Shown: piece by piece, positions 29,161 to 40,822 of the stretch
Layout of the letters: each line of letters opens with the position of its first letter
Position numbering within the stretch: position 1 is the stretch's first letter
Origin: an uncultured Chromatiales bacterium
GTDB taxonomy: Bacteria > Bacteroidota > Ignavibacteria > SZUA-365
Reading direction: 5' to 3'
Assembly (NCBI GenBank): GCA_964388275.1
Contig: CAYLZD010000002.1
Coordinates: 131,089-195,088, forward strand
Length of the DNA stretch: 64,000 bases
Position numbers and translations under genes: made by a program
The notes under the pieces: generated by a model
Told to the model about the DNA's origin: nothing
What the model saw: the letters and a program-made list of their open reading frames with translations, nothing else
Databases searched by the model: none

Positions 29161-32100
29161 ATGAACATGGACCCGTCTTCAGCGCGCAATTTCCGAACCC
29201 TTGCAGCCGCGGCGTTTTTGCTTCTCACCGTCACGTCTGAAATCGGCGCTCAACAGATCGCCTTCCGACGCTTCAACGCCGAACAAGGATTGCAGCTGGA
29301 AACCGTATCAAGCATCGTCGAGGACAGGCACGGCTTCATCTGGATTGGAGGAACCCCGGGCGCCGTGAGGTACGACGGATACGAGTTCAGGCAGATTGCG
29401 CAGGAGGACCGAACGCGCAATTCACTGCCAGCGGTTAATATCAGCGCCTTGCTGGCGGACCGCAGAGGCGTGCTGTGGTTCGGCACCGCCTCCGACGGAC
29501 TATACCGCATGTACAGGAACGAACACAGTTTCGGTAAATATCGAGCCGACGAAGACACGCCGACCGCGCTGACGGACAACAGGATTCGTGTGCTTTTCGA
29601 GGATGCCGCCGGCGTGTTGTGGGTAGGAACTTATGGAGGATTGAATGCCGTCAATTCGGAGAGAAATTCCGTGCGGCGCTATTCGAGCAATCCCGCCGAC
29701 TCGTCCGGCCTGCCCGGCGACAGAATCTCCGCGATCGCGCAAACGCCCGACGGAAAACTCTGGATAGGAACAAACGCGGGATTGTGTTATCTCGATCAGC
29801 GATCAGGCCGATTTATCCGTGTATCGGCTCAGCGCAGCGCGCACACCTCCGCAGGCGAGAAAATGATCACTTGCCTGCACGTGGATCCCGAGGGGCGGCT
29901 CTGGGTCGGCGGAGACGACGGTTCCATCACCTTGATCGGCAAAGGAGGCCGTGTGGAGGGAACCTGGGCTCTCGCTCCGATTTCGGGTTCATCTCTGTTC
30001 GTCGTGCCGTCGGTGACCGCAATGCACAGCGACAATATCGGGAATCTCTGGATCGGAGTCAGGAGCGAAGGGCTGATACGTTTCAGCCGTCGCGCCGGAA
30101 CCATCGAACGATTCCGGCATAATCCCGAGGACCCGCGTTCCATCAGCAGCAACGATGTCACGTCGATACTGGGAGGAAATGACGGAACGATCTGGATTGG
30201 AACGGAGGACCAGGGGCTGAACACCTTCAGGAACACCGGTTCGCTTTTCACAACGGTCCGGAATCCTCTGCCATCCCCAAATTCCATGTCCGGAAATATC
30301 ACGGCTGTCGGCCGGCTGCCGGGCGGCGGATCGGCGATCGGAACCGGCAACGGAGAAATCGGCCTCGCCGGCCGGGGCGCTGCAATCTTTCGCCCTCTCG
30401 CGATCGCCTGGCCCGCCTCCGCGCCCGGGAACGCCCAGATCAGCGCTCTCGCCGGCGATGCGGAAGGCCGGATCTGGATCGGCACTTTGGGCGCCGGACT
30501 CGTCATGCTGGATCGGGACGGCGTTTCGGTGAAACACTATCGCAAGGACTCGGAATCCCCGTCCTCTCTGCCGAGCGATGATATTCAGGCCTTGCTGCTC
30601 GCGCGGGACGGCACCGCGTGGCTGGGCACCGGCGGAAGCGGGCTTGCTTCGCTCGATCCCCGCACGGGAAAAACGCGCACGTGGACGGGCGTCGCGACCG
30701 ATCCGCGCACGTTGAGCGGCAATTCGATAAACGTGATCTATGAAGACAGCGAAGGCGCGATATGGGTCGGCGCGCGCGATAGCATGCTGAACGTCGTGGA
30801 CCGCAAGTCGGGAAGAATCACCCGCGTCTATCTGGGGAGCATGTCCGGTTCGAGGTACGCTCCGTCGGTCGAATGCATCAGCGAGGACAGATCCGGACAT
30901 CTGTGGGTGGGCACTTCAGCGGGATTGTTCCGCTTGAACAAGATCAACCGATCTTTTATTCGTTATACGACGGCCGATGGACTTCCGGACGACAGGATAA
31001 CGAGCATGCTGGGTGATTCGGAAGGCAATATATGGATAACCACGCCGAAGGGATTGAGCCGTTTCACACCCTTGGCATCCGCATCCGCGCCCGAAGAGGC
31101 GAGACCCGCGGTCGTGACCTTCGGCGCCGAGGAAGGCCTGTCCGACTTCTCTTTCAACGCCCGCGCTGCAACAAGGCGTTCTGACGGGATCATGCTTTTC
31201 GGCGGTCCGAAAGGTCTCGCCGTATTCGACCCCGCCGTCGTGAACCGTCGCACGAGAAGGCCGGCCGTTGCGATCACCGCCTTCAAATTGTACAACGTGC
31301 TGATCCAGGCCGGCGACAGCACGGGATTGCTGGCCCTGCCCATACATGAAACCGACGAAATCCATCTGAGATTCAACGAGAACTTCATCACCATTGAATT
31401 CGCTGTGCTTCACTACGCAAACCCTTTGAAGAACAGATTCGCATGGATGCTCGAAGGTCTGGAAACAGAATGGAATGAAGCCGACGCCACGAGGCGCTAT
31501 GCCACATACACGAATCTCGAACCCGGCGAATATACATTCCGGCTTCGCGGCTGCAACAACAACGGCCTCTGGAACGACGCCGGCGTAGCTCTGCGAATCG
31601 TCATCGCGCCCCCCTGGTACAACACTCTCGCCGCGAGAATCGCGTACGCAGTTCTTCTTGTTGTCGGGATTTTCACTGCGAACAAACTGTTGCATCAGCG
31701 CGTCGTGCGCAAAGAGAGGCGGGAGGCGCTGATCAGGGAGGCGCAGCTGCGCGCTCTGGCGGCTGAACAGGAGAAACGCGCGATCGAGGCCCACGCAGAG
31801 GCTACCGAAGCGAAAGCCCGGGCTCTTCAGGTCGAAAATGCGAGAAAGGAGCTGGAACTCAGCAAAGCGCGCGAACTTGAAGCCGCCTTCACCGAACTCC
31901 GCGAGGCTCACGACAATCTCCAAGCCACTCAAACACAGCTGGTTCATGCGGAAAAAATGGCGTCGCTCGGACAACTCACGGCCGGTATCGCTCATGAAAT
32001 CAAGAATCCTCTCAACTTCGTAAACAATTTCGCGGATCTCTCGAGGGAGCTGCTTGCCGAACTGAGAGAGGAAATGAAAAAAAGCTCCGATGCGAAAGTG

Positions 32101-32739
32101 GCTGATGCCGAGGACGCTTTCGAGCCGCTCATGCAGGATCTGGACGTGAACATCGGAAAAATATTCGAGCATGGAAAACGCGCCGACGGGATCATTCGCA
32201 GCATGCTTCTCCATTCCTCGGGGAAAGCCGGCGAGAAACAGCCCACGGATATCAACACTCTGTTGAACGAGTACATTCTGCTCGCCTTCCACAGCGCAAG
32301 GGCGAACGATCCCGGATTTTCCATGGATCTCAAGGTGAGTCTCGATCCTCAAGCTCCGCAAATCGACGCTATTCCACAGGAGATCGCCCGGGTTTTCCTC
32401 AATCTTCTGACGAACGCCATCGACTCGATGAGGCAGCGCGCGGCGGAAGGCGAGCGCGATTACCAGGCGGTGCTGTCCGTGGATACCGAAAAACTGCCCG
32501 ATGCGCTGCGCATACGGATCGCCGACAACGGCCACGGGATACCGGAAGGGATCCGCGACAGAATCTTCCAACCATTTTTCACTACCAAACCGGCCGGTTC
32601 CGGCACCGGCCTCGGTCTGTCGATCAGCTACGATATCGTCGTACACGGGCACGGCGGATCACTGTCCGTCGAAAGCTCGGACGGCAAAGGAGCGGTGTTC
32701 ACGATATTGCTGCCCGTGGAAACGGCCGCGATTTCCTGA
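29161..32739 (+). CDS. Sensor histidine kinase with periplasmic two-component-regulator propeller repeats and a Y_Y_Y domain (no receiver or DNA-binding domain)
   Basis: Signal peptide, many ~45-aa propeller repeats (LWIGT..GL..), Y_Y_Y-like segment, TM helix ([14 protein letters not shown]), coiled coil, HisKA ([19 protein letters not shown]), HATPase_c ([13 protein letters not shown]). Confidence 0.85.
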   Translation: MNMDPSSARNFRTLAAAAFLLLTVTSEIGAQQIAFRRFNAEQGLQLETVSSIVEDRHGFIWIGGTPGAVRYDGYEFRQIAQEDRTRNSLPAVNISALLADRRGVLWFGTASDGLYRMYRNEHSFGKYRADEDTPTALTDNRIRVLFEDAAGVLWVGTYGGLNAVNSERNSVRRYSSNPADSSGLPGDRISAIAQTPDGKLWIGTNAGLCYLDQRSGRFIRVSAQRSAHTSAGEKMITCLHVDPEGRLWVGGDDGSITLIGKGGRVEGTWALAPISGSSLFVVPSVTAMHSDNIGNLWIGVRSEGLIRFSRRAGTIERFRHNPEDPRSISSNDVTSILGGNDGTIWIGTEDQGLNTFRNTGSLFTTVRNPLPSPNSMSGNITAVGRLPGGGSAIGTGNGEIGLAGRGAAIFRPLAIAWPASAPGNAQISALAGDAEGRIWIGTLGAGLVMLDRDGVSVKHYRKDSESPSSLPSDDIQALLLARDGTAWLGTGGSGLASLDPRTGKTRTWTGVATDPRTLSGNSINVIYEDSEGAIWVGARDSMLNVVDRKSGRITRVYLGSMSGSRYAPSVECISEDRSGHLWVGTSAGLFRLNKINRSFIRYTTADGLPDDRITSMLGDSEGNIWITTPKGLSRFTPLASASAPEEARPAVVTFGAEEGLSDFSFNARAATRRSDGIMLFGGPKGLAVFDPAVVNRRTRRPAVAITAFKLYNVLIQAGDSTGLLALPIHETDEIHLRFNENFITIEFAVLHYANPLKNRFAWMLEGLETEWNEADATRRYATYTNLEPGEYTFRLRGCNNNGLWNDAGVALRIVIAPPWYNTLAARIAYAVLLVVGIFTANKLLHQRVVRKERREALIREAQLRALAAEQEKRAIEAHAEATEAKARALQVENARKELELSKARELEAAFTELREAHDNLQATQTQLVHAEKMASLGQLTAGIAHEIKNPLNFVNNFADLSRELLAELREEMKKSSDAKVADAEDAFEPLMQDLDVNIGKIFEHGKRADGIIRSMLLHSSGKAGEKQPTDINTLLNEYILLAFHSARANDPGFSMDLKVSLDPQAPQIDAIPQEIARVFLNLLTNAIDSMRQRAAEGERDYQAVLSVDTEKLPDALRIRIADNGHGIPEGIRDRIFQPFFTTKPAGSGTGLGLSISYDIVVHGHGGSLSVESSDGKGAVFTILLPVETAAIS

Positions 32740-32847
32740 CAATCCTTGATTTATAAGCGCAGGACATGGATATTAAACTATCGGATTTATACATGTGCTG
32801 TCAAAACGCCCTGCGCGCAGTCGCCGAATAAGACGAAGGAGAATAGA

Positions 32848-33543
32848 ATGAATATACGCGGAACATCCGGATCCGGTCTGCGAAGGCTTCGAACTGCTTT
32901 ACTGACGGCATTGACCGTCTCCGCGGCCGCGATTCTGCAGTCCGGCTCGATGTCGGCCCAATGCACGGAAGCGCCCAAAGGTTCGATCACGATTTTCATG
33001 TTCGACCTTCAATCGACGGATATACCCCAGGAGCACCTCTACCGCATGCTGGATATACTTTCCTTCAAGCTGAACAATGCGGTACGGGAACAACTGAACA
33101 GCCGCGGCCTGCTGGGCGGCGCAAAATTCAGCATACGCTGGTGCTCGGGCAGGACGGTGACGGCGGCGGAAGCGGCCGTGAAAACCGGAAAACGTCTCAA
33201 CTCCGCAGGTGTTTTCTGGGGTTTCCTGGATCAGAGCACCGGCACGCTTCGCTCGGCATTGAAACTTACCGCGCTGGTCGAAGAACCCATTACGGATCTC
33301 CGAAACATCCTGTATCGCGATGATTCCCGTGCCGGCATTGATGATTCGTATATCGCGTTTGCGGCATACATTGTGGGCAAAACGCATCAGCAACGGGGCG
33401 ATCTGGCCCTCGCCAGGAAAAGTTTCCGTTACGCGCGCGACCTGCGGGCCCTTCCGGATCTCCTGCAGAAGGATTGCGGTCTGGCGCTCGCCCAGATAGA
33501 CGCTGAAAATCCCGCCCGCAAACTCAGCGCCGTGGGGAGATGA
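32848..33543 (+). CDS. Hypothetical secreted protein
   Basis: AGGAG RBS, signal-peptide-like N-terminus. No recognisable domain. Confidence 0.4.
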   Translation: MNIRGTSGSGLRRLRTALLTALTVSAAAILQSGSMSAQCTEAPKGSITIFMFDLQSTDIPQEHLYRMLDILSFKLNNAVREQLNSRGLLGGAKFSIRWCSGRTVTAAEAAVKTGKRLNSAGVFWGFLDQSTGTLRSALKLTALVEEPITDLRNILYRDDSRAGIDDSYIAFAAYIVGKTHQQRGDLALARKSFRYARDLRALPDLLQKDCGLALAQIDAENPARKLSAVGR

Positions 33544-33547
33544 AACC

Positions 33548-35383
33548 ATGAAAACGATAGCATGCCGCCTCGCGATCGCTCTTGCGATCTTTTCGGCTGC
33601 CGCCGCGCAAGCGCAGTTGCTCCCCAATCGGACTCTGCCACCGTCGGAGACGCGGGCCGTGATATTGGAATTCGAAAGTCCCGACTCTTCATATCTGGGA
33701 GTCACGATCGCGCGGCTCTATGCCGCCAAAATCTGCGCATCGATGCCGGGAATGAACGGCGCCCGAGCCAGATCAGCGCGCAGACAGGATGACAGGCCTT
33801 CGGTTAACTCAGATGCTCCAGCGGTGATCGCTGCAACCGAGCGCGCCGTCATCGCCGTCTGGGGGGCGTACTATCTCGGCCAGGACACCGTTACGGTTAC
33901 CTCTCACGCCAAGATATTCCCGGTTGCGCCGTTGACGGAACTGGATTTCTCGCTTATTTATAGAACTCCGGACGGGGATCTCGCGGCGCGGCTCCCCACC
34001 GCGCAGGTCAATTTCCCGCCTGTTCATTTTCAGCGTTCGCTACTGGACTCGGTGCATTCGGCGTTCCTGCAGGGATTGCCTCTGTATGCTGCGCCATCCG
34101 GCGATGCGGAGAGACAAGGCGGCCTGCCGCCGCTCGGCGACGCCGATTTCTTTGAGCTGAAGGACGACTGGATGCGTCTGCGGGCGGACAGCGGAGCGCA
34201 GTGCTGGGCCAGGATGCCCTCTCCCTTGACCTCGGCCCTGCCTCGCATAGAACGCCCGGCCGCGTTCATTTCAGGCGTCGCGCTCTACTCGGCTGGATCT
34301 TATGCGGCGGCGGAGAGCGCATTCACGGCCTACGCCAACACCTCCGGGCCGATGGAGGACGCTTTCAACATCGCAACAACGAGGCTGCTGATCGGAAACG
34401 CGCGCCTCAGAAAAACAAAGGCCGCAGCGGCTCTTCCCGCCGATGAAACAGTTTCCTCGGAATTCGAAAGAGCCGCCGCCGCAATTCCCGACGAAGCAGC
34501 CCCCGCCGAACACCTGGCGGTGACACGGATGATGCGGTATGAAGGCGCTCCGGGCGAAACCCACGCCGGAGCTCTCAAGATGAGCGAGCGCCATCTCATC
34601 CGCGCCCTGCAGGACAATCCGGACTCGATCGCGGTAAACAACCTCCGCGTGTTTTACGCGGAAGCCGAGAGAAAGCGCTTCCTTCAGACAACGGGTATAA
34701 CGGATCGGGAGTATGAAGAGGCGATCAGACGACAGCAAGGAGTGCTGGAGCAGGTCGACCGGTTTCTCGTCATACACGTCTACGAGCCGACTGAATTCGG
34801 GGCCATACGCTACGGATGGTGGTCTCCGAAAGATGCTGAAGGGTACACGATCAAGGGCGTGAACGGAGCATTCCCGGGTGATGGAAAAATACACGACCTA
34901 ATCAGACACGGCATCGAGCTGCACGTGCGCAATCGTCTCTTCCATCCAGTGTTTCTGGACGTGTCCGCCGGAGGATGGTATACAGGCTACAGCGTGCGGG
35001 ATATCGATCCTTCCGTCTCGGCCGACGGCGTCGTGAAAACGAACATTTGGTCGGCCATACTCCCGATAACTATCGGGGCTTCCTTTTCACCCGTCAGAAA
35101 TTTCGCGGTCTATCCTTATTTAAACGCCGGAGGCGGAGTAGCCGTCGGTATTTCGAACAGGCGCGCCGAACTGCAGTCGGGAGTCCGCAAGCCGCTTGAA
35201 TCCGAGGCCGTTTTTGCTCCCACATGGTACGTGGGAGCAGGCGCCGACGTGATGCTCCTTAAAAGCCTCGGTTTGTCTTTGGCGGCGAAATACATGAATA
35301 TTGCATTTCGGACGCCGCTCTACACCGGCCAGTCCGATGTTTCCGCGCTGTACATCATGCTAGGTCTGGCCTTTATCCCCTGA
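33548..35383 (+). CDS. Hypothetical secreted protein (possible outer-membrane beta-barrel C-terminal region)
   Basis: Signal peptide MKTIACRLAIALAIFSAAAAQAQ. C-terminal alternating hydrophobic pattern ending aromatic-rich. No recognised domain. Confidence 0.45.
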   Translation: MKTIACRLAIALAIFSAAAAQAQLLPNRTLPPSETRAVILEFESPDSSYLGVTIARLYAAKICASMPGMNGARARSARRQDDRPSVNSDAPAVIAATERAVIAVWGAYYLGQDTVTVTSHAKIFPVAPLTELDFSLIYRTPDGDLAARLPTAQVNFPPVHFQRSLLDSVHSAFLQGLPLYAAPSGDAERQGGLPPLGDADFFELKDDWMRLRADSGAQCWARMPSPLTSALPRIERPAAFISGVALYSAGSYAAAESAFTAYANTSGPMEDAFNIATTRLLIGNARLRKTKAAAALPADETVSSEFERAAAAIPDEAAPAEHLAVTRMMRYEGAPGETHAGALKMSERHLIRALQDNPDSIAVNNLRVFYAEAERKRFLQTTGITDREYEEAIRRQQGVLEQVDRFLVIHVYEPTEFGAIRYGWWSPKDAEGYTIKGVNGAFPGDGKIHDLIRHGIELHVRNRLFHPVFLDVSAGGWYTGYSVRDIDPSVSADGVVKTNIWSAILPITIGASFSPVRNFAVYPYLNAGGGVAVGISNRRAELQSGVRKPLESEAVFAPTWYVGAGADVMLLKSLGLSLAAKYMNIAFRTPLYTGQSDVSALYIMLGLAFIP

Positions 35384-35394
35384 CTCCGCACAAC

Positions 35395-37212
35395 GTGAAC
35401 AAAACGATCATTGTTTTCGTCTCACTGACGGCACTCGCTGTCGTTGCATACTTGTTTTTCGAGGATTTGACCATCCGCATAGTATCCATCGGCATCGGAG
35501 GGATCTCATTTGCGGGCGCCCTCGTCCTGGCATTGCGCTCGCTCAGGAGCGGTGAAGAGGAGGACAAAGACCGGAACGGACCCGTTCCGGCCGACAGCGG
35601 TTCGATTGCGGAAACGGAAAATGACGTCCCCGGGAGCGATGTTCCGTTTCCGGCGGCAGCCGCGTCCCCGGGGCGCGCGTCACGCGTCCATCTCCCCGAT
35701 GAAATTCCGGAGGAGTGTTACCGTTTCGATCACCATTCCATCCCCACCGACGATCCGACGGCGGAATTCGACTTTGCGGTGCAGCATCTTCTGCGCGCTT
35801 TGAAGGAACATGTGCTCGCCCACACGGCGGGACTTTTCTGGATAAATACCGATCGCCAGCACGTCGTCGTAAGCGGATATGTGACCGACAGCAAATATTT
35901 CACGACAGCCAAACGCCTGCCTCTGGGCGAAGATCCCGTGAGCAGAATCGGCCTTACCGGAAAACCGGTCATACTCTCCGCGGTGGCTGAGAAATCCGCG
36001 CAGGACACGTTGATCTATTATGACCAGAGACCCGGAGTGCGCTCCTTCGCCGGCGTTCCCCTGTTCTTCATGGACGACCCCATCGCAGTGCTGGCCGTAG
36101 ACAGCATCGCGCTGGACGCGTTCGGCGTCGAAACAATCATGTCAATGGGCAAATATGCCGGAATTCTGACTCTTCTCGTCGCAAGCTACGATCAGAAATT
36201 CGATCTGAGAGCGGATTCCAAGACGCTCGCGGTTCTGGATGACGCCCGCAAATCCATGCAGTCGGCCCTCGATCCGTATGGTATTTGTTCGGCCGCCGCC
36301 GACGCGGGCATGAGACTGTTGGATTGGGACTACATTGCGGTGATTCTGTTCAATCCGGAGAAACAGGGATGGATCGTGATGCGAAGCCTATCGCGCGTGC
36401 CGAATCTTCCTTACGTGTCGGAAGGCGTCACGGTTGAAGTCGAGAAATCGATACTCCGCCCGGTTCTTCTGAACAGGGAAGGCTGTATACTCGACGCCCC
36501 GGAAGCCCCGGGATTCCGCTTTCATGAAAAAGAGGTTGTCGCATCCCAGGGACAGATATGCGCCGCGCCGATATCGACGACTCGACGTTGCGTGGGCTTC
36601 GTGATGACCGAATATCGCGAAGGCGCGCAGTACGGGAAACGCGATCTGGAGATGCTTCGACGTGTGGGAGACCTTGCCGGGCTTTTTCTGGACATCTCAT
36701 ACTCCCGGGATCTTTTAAGAAAGCATCTGCTGATTGACGAGGCCACACAGACGGGAAGCCGCGCGTATCTCATGCAACGCCTGCAGGAAGAGCATCACAG
36801 GATCAGGCGTCACGGTGGAAACGCAGTGTTCCTGCTGGCCGGCGTCGATAATCCCGAGGACCTTGCCGCGGAACACGGCCCGGAAGGGATGGATGTGATT
36901 CTCGCCCAGCTTGCTCGCCTGCTCCGCGATTCCCTGCAGCCTTTCGACGTTATCGGCCGCTGCGAAACATCTCGGCTCGGCCTGATACTGCTACATACGA
37001 ACGCCGAGGACGCCTATATCCGCGGGGAAAAAATGCGCAAAGCCGCGGCGGGAATGATCCTCGCCAGAGCCGGCATCTCCTTCTCCCTCACCGCCAGCAT
37101 CGCCGGATGCGCCCTTTCCGAAGACAACGATCTCGATCACGTTCTCCGCGTGGCTCGACAGGCAATGGATCTCGCCGTCGGCGAGGGCGGAAACTGCGTA
37201 AAAGTCGTCTGA
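35395..37212 (+). CDS. Membrane-anchored GAF-domain protein with a degenerate GGDEF-like C-terminal domain
   Basis: N-terminal TM helices, two GAF-like regions, C-terminal GGDEF-fold features (D..TQ.GSRAYL..RL; LLAGVDN) with CETSR in place of GG(D/E)EF. Confidence 0.55.
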   Translation: MNKTIIVFVSLTALAVVAYLFFEDLTIRIVSIGIGGISFAGALVLALRSLRSGEEEDKDRNGPVPADSGSIAETENDVPGSDVPFPAAAASPGRASRVHLPDEIPEECYRFDHHSIPTDDPTAEFDFAVQHLLRALKEHVLAHTAGLFWINTDRQHVVVSGYVTDSKYFTTAKRLPLGEDPVSRIGLTGKPVILSAVAEKSAQDTLIYYDQRPGVRSFAGVPLFFMDDPIAVLAVDSIALDAFGVETIMSMGKYAGILTLLVASYDQKFDLRADSKTLAVLDDARKSMQSALDPYGICSAAADAGMRLLDWDYIAVILFNPEKQGWIVMRSLSRVPNLPYVSEGVTVEVEKSILRPVLLNREGCILDAPEAPGFRFHEKEVVASQGQICAAPISTTRRCVGFVMTEYREGAQYGKRDLEMLRRVGDLAGLFLDISYSRDLLRKHLLIDEATQTGSRAYLMQRLQEEHHRIRRHGGNAVFLLAGVDNPEDLAAEHGPEGMDVILAQLARLLRDSLQPFDVIGRCETSRLGLILLHTNAEDAYIRGEKMRKAAAGMILARAGISFSLTASIAGCALSEDNDLDHVLRVARQAMDLAVGEGGNCVKVV

Positions 37213-37439
37213 CGACAAAATCTTTTTATCGATATCGCTTGTTTTCTTTGTTTCTTTTTTGCATAATTCCAGACTGGGCAAAGAAGGAATACCTCGTTGC
37301 CTGGGATCGATAAGAAAAACGAAACCAAATCAGTGCCGAATATTGTTAGAATTTCCGGGATTGAGGGGTATCGCCTTTCGAGCCTTGGCGGTCGGTCCCT
37401 GCAATCGAATAAACATACGATTCCAATACAGGTGAAAGA
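37213..37439 (+). promoter_or_regulatory. AT-rich upstream region of the primary sigma factor gene (candidate promoter)
   Basis: 227-bp intergenic region much more AT-rich than its surroundings, with T-tracts and TTTG motifs (ttgttttctttgtttcttttttgcataattcc). Confidence 0.3.
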
Positions 37440-38303
37440 GTGAGGATTTCAAAACAGTACACGAATCGTGAGAGCCAGTCCCTGGACAAGTATCTCCAGG
37501 AAATCGGCCGTGTAGACCTGCTGACTCCCGACGAGGAAATCGAGTTGGCGAAGAAGATCAAAAGCAGCGGTCCCGGCTCCCAGATAGCCCTGGAGAAATT
37601 GACCAAAGCCAACTTGCGCTTCGTGGTTTCCGTGGCCAAACAGTACCAGAACCAGGGATTATCACTCGGCGACCTTATCAATGAAGGCAATCTGGGGCTG
37701 ATCAAGGCGGCAAAACGCTTTGACGAGACGCGAGGATTCAAGTTTATCTCTTACGCTGTGTGGTGGATACGGCAATCGATACTCCAGGCCCTGGCCGAGC
37801 AGTCACGCATAGTGCGGCTGCCGCTGAACCGTGTCGGCGCGCTCAATAAAATCGGGAAGAAGTTCAGCGAACTGGAGCAGTCTTACGAACGCGAACCCAG
37901 CGCTAGCGAACTGGCTTCGGAACTCGATATGACCCTGTTCGAAGTTGCCGATACCTTGAAAATTTCCGGCCGGCACATTTCGGTCGACGCTCCGTTCGCG
38001 CAGGGCGAAGACAACCGCCTTCTGGATGTGATACAGGACGACCGACAGCCCGCGCCTGACAATTCGCTGATGAACGAATCTCTGAAAGTGGAAGTCCGCC
38101 GTTCGCTGGCCACTCTCAGCGAGCGGGAAGCCGAAGTCATCCGCTTGTATTTCGGCCTCGATCGCGAGCATTCGCTGACCCTGGAAGAGATCGGAGAAAA
38201 ATTCAATCTGACCCGGGAACGCGTCCGTCAGATCAAGGAAAAAGCCATCAGACGGCTGCGTCACGCTTCCCGAAGCAAACAACTTCGGGCATATCTGGGC
38301 TGA
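37440..38303 (+). CDS. rpoD: Primary-type RNA polymerase sigma-70 factor (short, 287 aa)
   Basis: Regions 1.2, 2 ([36 protein letters not shown]), 3 and 4 ([30 protein letters not shown]) are all present. No region 1.1 or non-conserved insert, as in Bacteroidota-type sigma A. Confidence 0.85.
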   Translation: MRISKQYTNRESQSLDKYLQEIGRVDLLTPDEEIELAKKIKSSGPGSQIALEKLTKANLRFVVSVAKQYQNQGLSLGDLINEGNLGLIKAAKRFDETRGFKFISYAVWWIRQSILQALAEQSRIVRLPLNRVGALNKIGKKFSELEQSYEREPSASELASELDMTLFEVADTLKISGRHISVDAPFAQGEDNRLLDVIQDDRQPAPDNSLMNESLKVEVRRSLATLSEREAEVIRLYFGLDREHSLTLEEIGEKFNLTRERVRQIKEKAIRRLRHASRSKQLRAYLG

Positions 38304-38782
38304 TTCAATCCGTCAAATCGCGGAATTCCGCGCTGGACCGCAGGATTCCACCGAAAGAGTTCCGCATCACGCTCGATCTCTGAAGCGTCGGGCAGGAAAT
38401 AATCAGGGAAAAAAAACTGGATTGACTGGCCAGGGCCAAATGCCTATGTTGTGTTTTGCTTTTCACAGGATGTCCCACCCGGAGTTCCTGAATGATCAAA
38501 CCGGTACTGCCTCTTTCTGAAAGTTTCGTATTACACGCCACCGCGCTCGTCAATCAGCTGCATGGGCGGAAGACCGTCGGTAGAGACCCGCAGCCCCTGG
38601 CCATTGAGCAGGCGAGAAACCGACGCTTCTCCATGACAGCCATGGATCCTCTGGCGCGTATGAATACCAACCCCGTCGTACAGTCCTTGCGGAGGAAATA
38701 ACCGGGGGTGGATTTCCGTGCGATGCGGTTCCCTCGCTGATTCTGTCCGCGGCGGCTTGACCTTCAGGAATGGAGCGGGCCG

Positions 38783-40105
38783 TCAATATGCGGACACGAC
38801 ATCTATTCCGGGAAAATAGGCGCGCAATATCTCCGCGGCGTTGTAACCCTTGCGGGCCCGATCGAGAGCTCCGTATTGGCATAAGCCGATCCCATGTCCA
38901 CTGCCGGCGCCGCGCAGAGTGACGGAACTGATCCAGCGATTCTCATCGCGCTTGACTTCCACGGCGAATAGCGAACTTCGCAGAATTCTGTTTCCGTCGG
39001 GTCTGCGCAGAATCCAGCGGATGCGGTCGCCTCCGAGTGTGAGCACATGATGGCGGGTTTTGTTCCCAAGCACTATGTTCAATTGCGCGACCCGGCCCGA
39101 AGGCATGCGTTTCAACACGCGCAAATCGAGCAGATGCAATCCGCTTTTCATGCTCGCTTGAAAAGGAAGTGAGTCGCTCGCCGAAGGCAGGTATGTGAAC
39201 AGCAACTCCTCGAGTTCTCTGCGGGACCATGTTTCCGTCCAGCGGTAGGAAGGCGATTTCGAACAGTAATCGCCGTGCCTGCCCGCGTCGCGAATGCCCG
39301 TCAGGTAAGGTTTCGATTGAGGCCTGCCCCAAGCAAGCGACACGGCCTCAGTCGCCCCGCCGCAGGTGGAATGGTAGTAACATTCGGCGTATCTGCCTCC
39401 GTAACCTGCCGCGAGGCCGGTGGTTTCGCGCACGGCGCGCGAAGTAACGGGCGACACGGTGGCAAGGCCGGAATAGACTTGATCCCGCGTGTCCGAATGA
39501 ACATCGAAAAGCCGGGCGAGAGGCGACTCGGTTTTACGCAGCGCATACGTGCGGGCGAGAATGGCTTGCGCCTTTACCGCTTCGAGTTCATCGGCGGATC
39601 GGTCGGGACCGATTTCATTCGGCACGACGCCGAGCACGTAAGTCTCCATCGGCACAACATTGAGCAGTGAAAATCCCCGCGAATCCCTGACAATGAGCAT
39701 GGTGTCCGGATAGCGGCGGCCCGAAAGAGTGAAATAGCGGCCGGCCGCGTGATGGAAACACCGCACGGTCTCGCCCGTCAACAGGTCCATACGCCCGACT
39801 CTGACATCCAGTCCGCCGGCTTCGTTCAGGGAACAGACGAGCGCAGCGGAATCCGCGGTCGTGTAGCGCTTGGCGCCTGTTTCGATCACGGCGCCCGCTT
39901 GCAGGCCCAAGACGATGCTCTTTACGCCCTCGGCCAGACAGACTCTTACATTGGGTCCGCCGGAAGCGGGAAGGGATCGTTCAGGCGGACCCGAGCAGGA
40001 GACGGCCGACCACATCGCCGCCGCCATTGTGGCCGCCGCGCAGAAAGTCTTCAACGGATTCTTGCCTGCTATTGGAACGCGCGCGAATCTTCTATGGCAG
40101 GACAT
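38783..40105 (-). CDS. SpoIID/LytB-domain protein (peptidoglycan lytic transglycosylase-like)
   Basis: Hallmark C-terminal SpoIID motif GHGIGLCQYGA plus a conserved central region. N-terminal signal sequence. Confidence 0.8.
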   Translation of the reverse strand: MSCHRRFARVPIAGKNPLKTFCAAATMAAAMWSAVSCSGPPERSLPASGGPNVRVCLAEGVKSIVLGLQAGAVIETGAKRYTTADSAALVCSLNEAGGLDVRVGRMDLLTGETVRCFHHAAGRYFTLSGRRYPDTMLIVRDSRGFSLLNVVPMETYVLGVVPNEIGPDRSADELEAVKAQAILARTYALRKTESPLARLFDVHSDTRDQVYSGLATVSPVTSRAVRETTGLAAGYGGRYAECYYHSTCGGATEAVSLAWGRPQSKPYLTGIRDAGRHGDYCSKSPSYRWTETWSRRELEELLFTYLPSASDSLPFQASMKSGLHLLDLRVLKRMPSGRVAQLNIVLGNKTRHHVLTLGGDRIRWILRRPDGNRILRSSLFAVEVKRDENRWISSVTLRGAGSGHGIGLCQYGALDRARKGYNAAEILRAYFPGIDVVSAY

Positions 40106-40181
40106 GGCGCCTGTTCTCCGAAGCGCGAAAAAAAAAGCCCACCGCACGGTGTGCTCGCTCGACACGCTCCGGAAACCTCCG

Positions 40182-40583
40182 CTAACGGAACATGGCCTTG
40201 ATGCTGCCCCATGTGCGCTTGACACTGCTGACGCTGTGCGTCACAGGAACATCCTGCGAAAAAGAAGCCGTCCCGCCGCTTTCAACGATGCGCAGGCGGT
40301 ATACGTAAACGTTGTCGCTGGTTTTGTAGGCGGTTCGATCGGTATACGAATAGAACGCACCCTCGTCCTTCGGCTGCACCTCGCCGATCGTGATGAATTC
40401 CCCGTTCCATCCGGCTTTCCTCTGAATCTCGAACGCGACCAGATTGCTTTCGCTCCGGGTTTTCCATTCGAGCGTGATATCCGATCCATCGCTTCTGCCC
40501 TGGAAAAAATCCAGAAAGGCGCCGGCCAAGGCGGCGGCGCTCAAAGCGATGATCAATATCGTATAGCCGAAAATTCTATTCAT
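40182..40583 (-). CDS. Hypothetical small secreted or membrane-anchored protein
   Basis: 133 aa, N-terminal hydrophobic segment, beta-rich, lies upstream of the SpoIID-like gene. No recognised domain. Confidence 0.4.
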   Translation of the reverse strand: MNRIFGYTILIIALSAAALAGAFLDFFQGRSDGSDITLEWKTRSESNLVAFEIQRKAGWNGEFITIGEVQPKDEGAFYSYTDRTAYKTSDNVYVYRLRIVESGGTASFSQDVPVTHSVSSVKRTWGSIKAMFR

Positions 40584-40822
40584 TATGCCGTGGATTCTCG
40601 CTTGCCGCGAGAACTAATGTACGTATACACTCCGGGAATGTCAAGAGAAATCAGCGGTCTGACAATGGAGAGCTTTTACCGACCGCTCGTGCGTGCCGCG
40701 CGCCGAATCCGATGGTGAAGGATCCGGCGGCGGGCGGAAGATGGCGGGCCGGGAACAAATGAACCGCTTCTCGCGTATCAGCCGGGTCAGTCCGCGCGGC
40801 GAAAGGAAAACGTAAGGCGATA

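Noticed and set aside
38492-38701. 69-aa ORF in the rpoD / SpoIID intergenic region
   Set aside because: No RBS, no conserved motifs, and composition not protein-like. The 480-bp gap could instead hold a small RNA, but I cannot support one from sequence alone.
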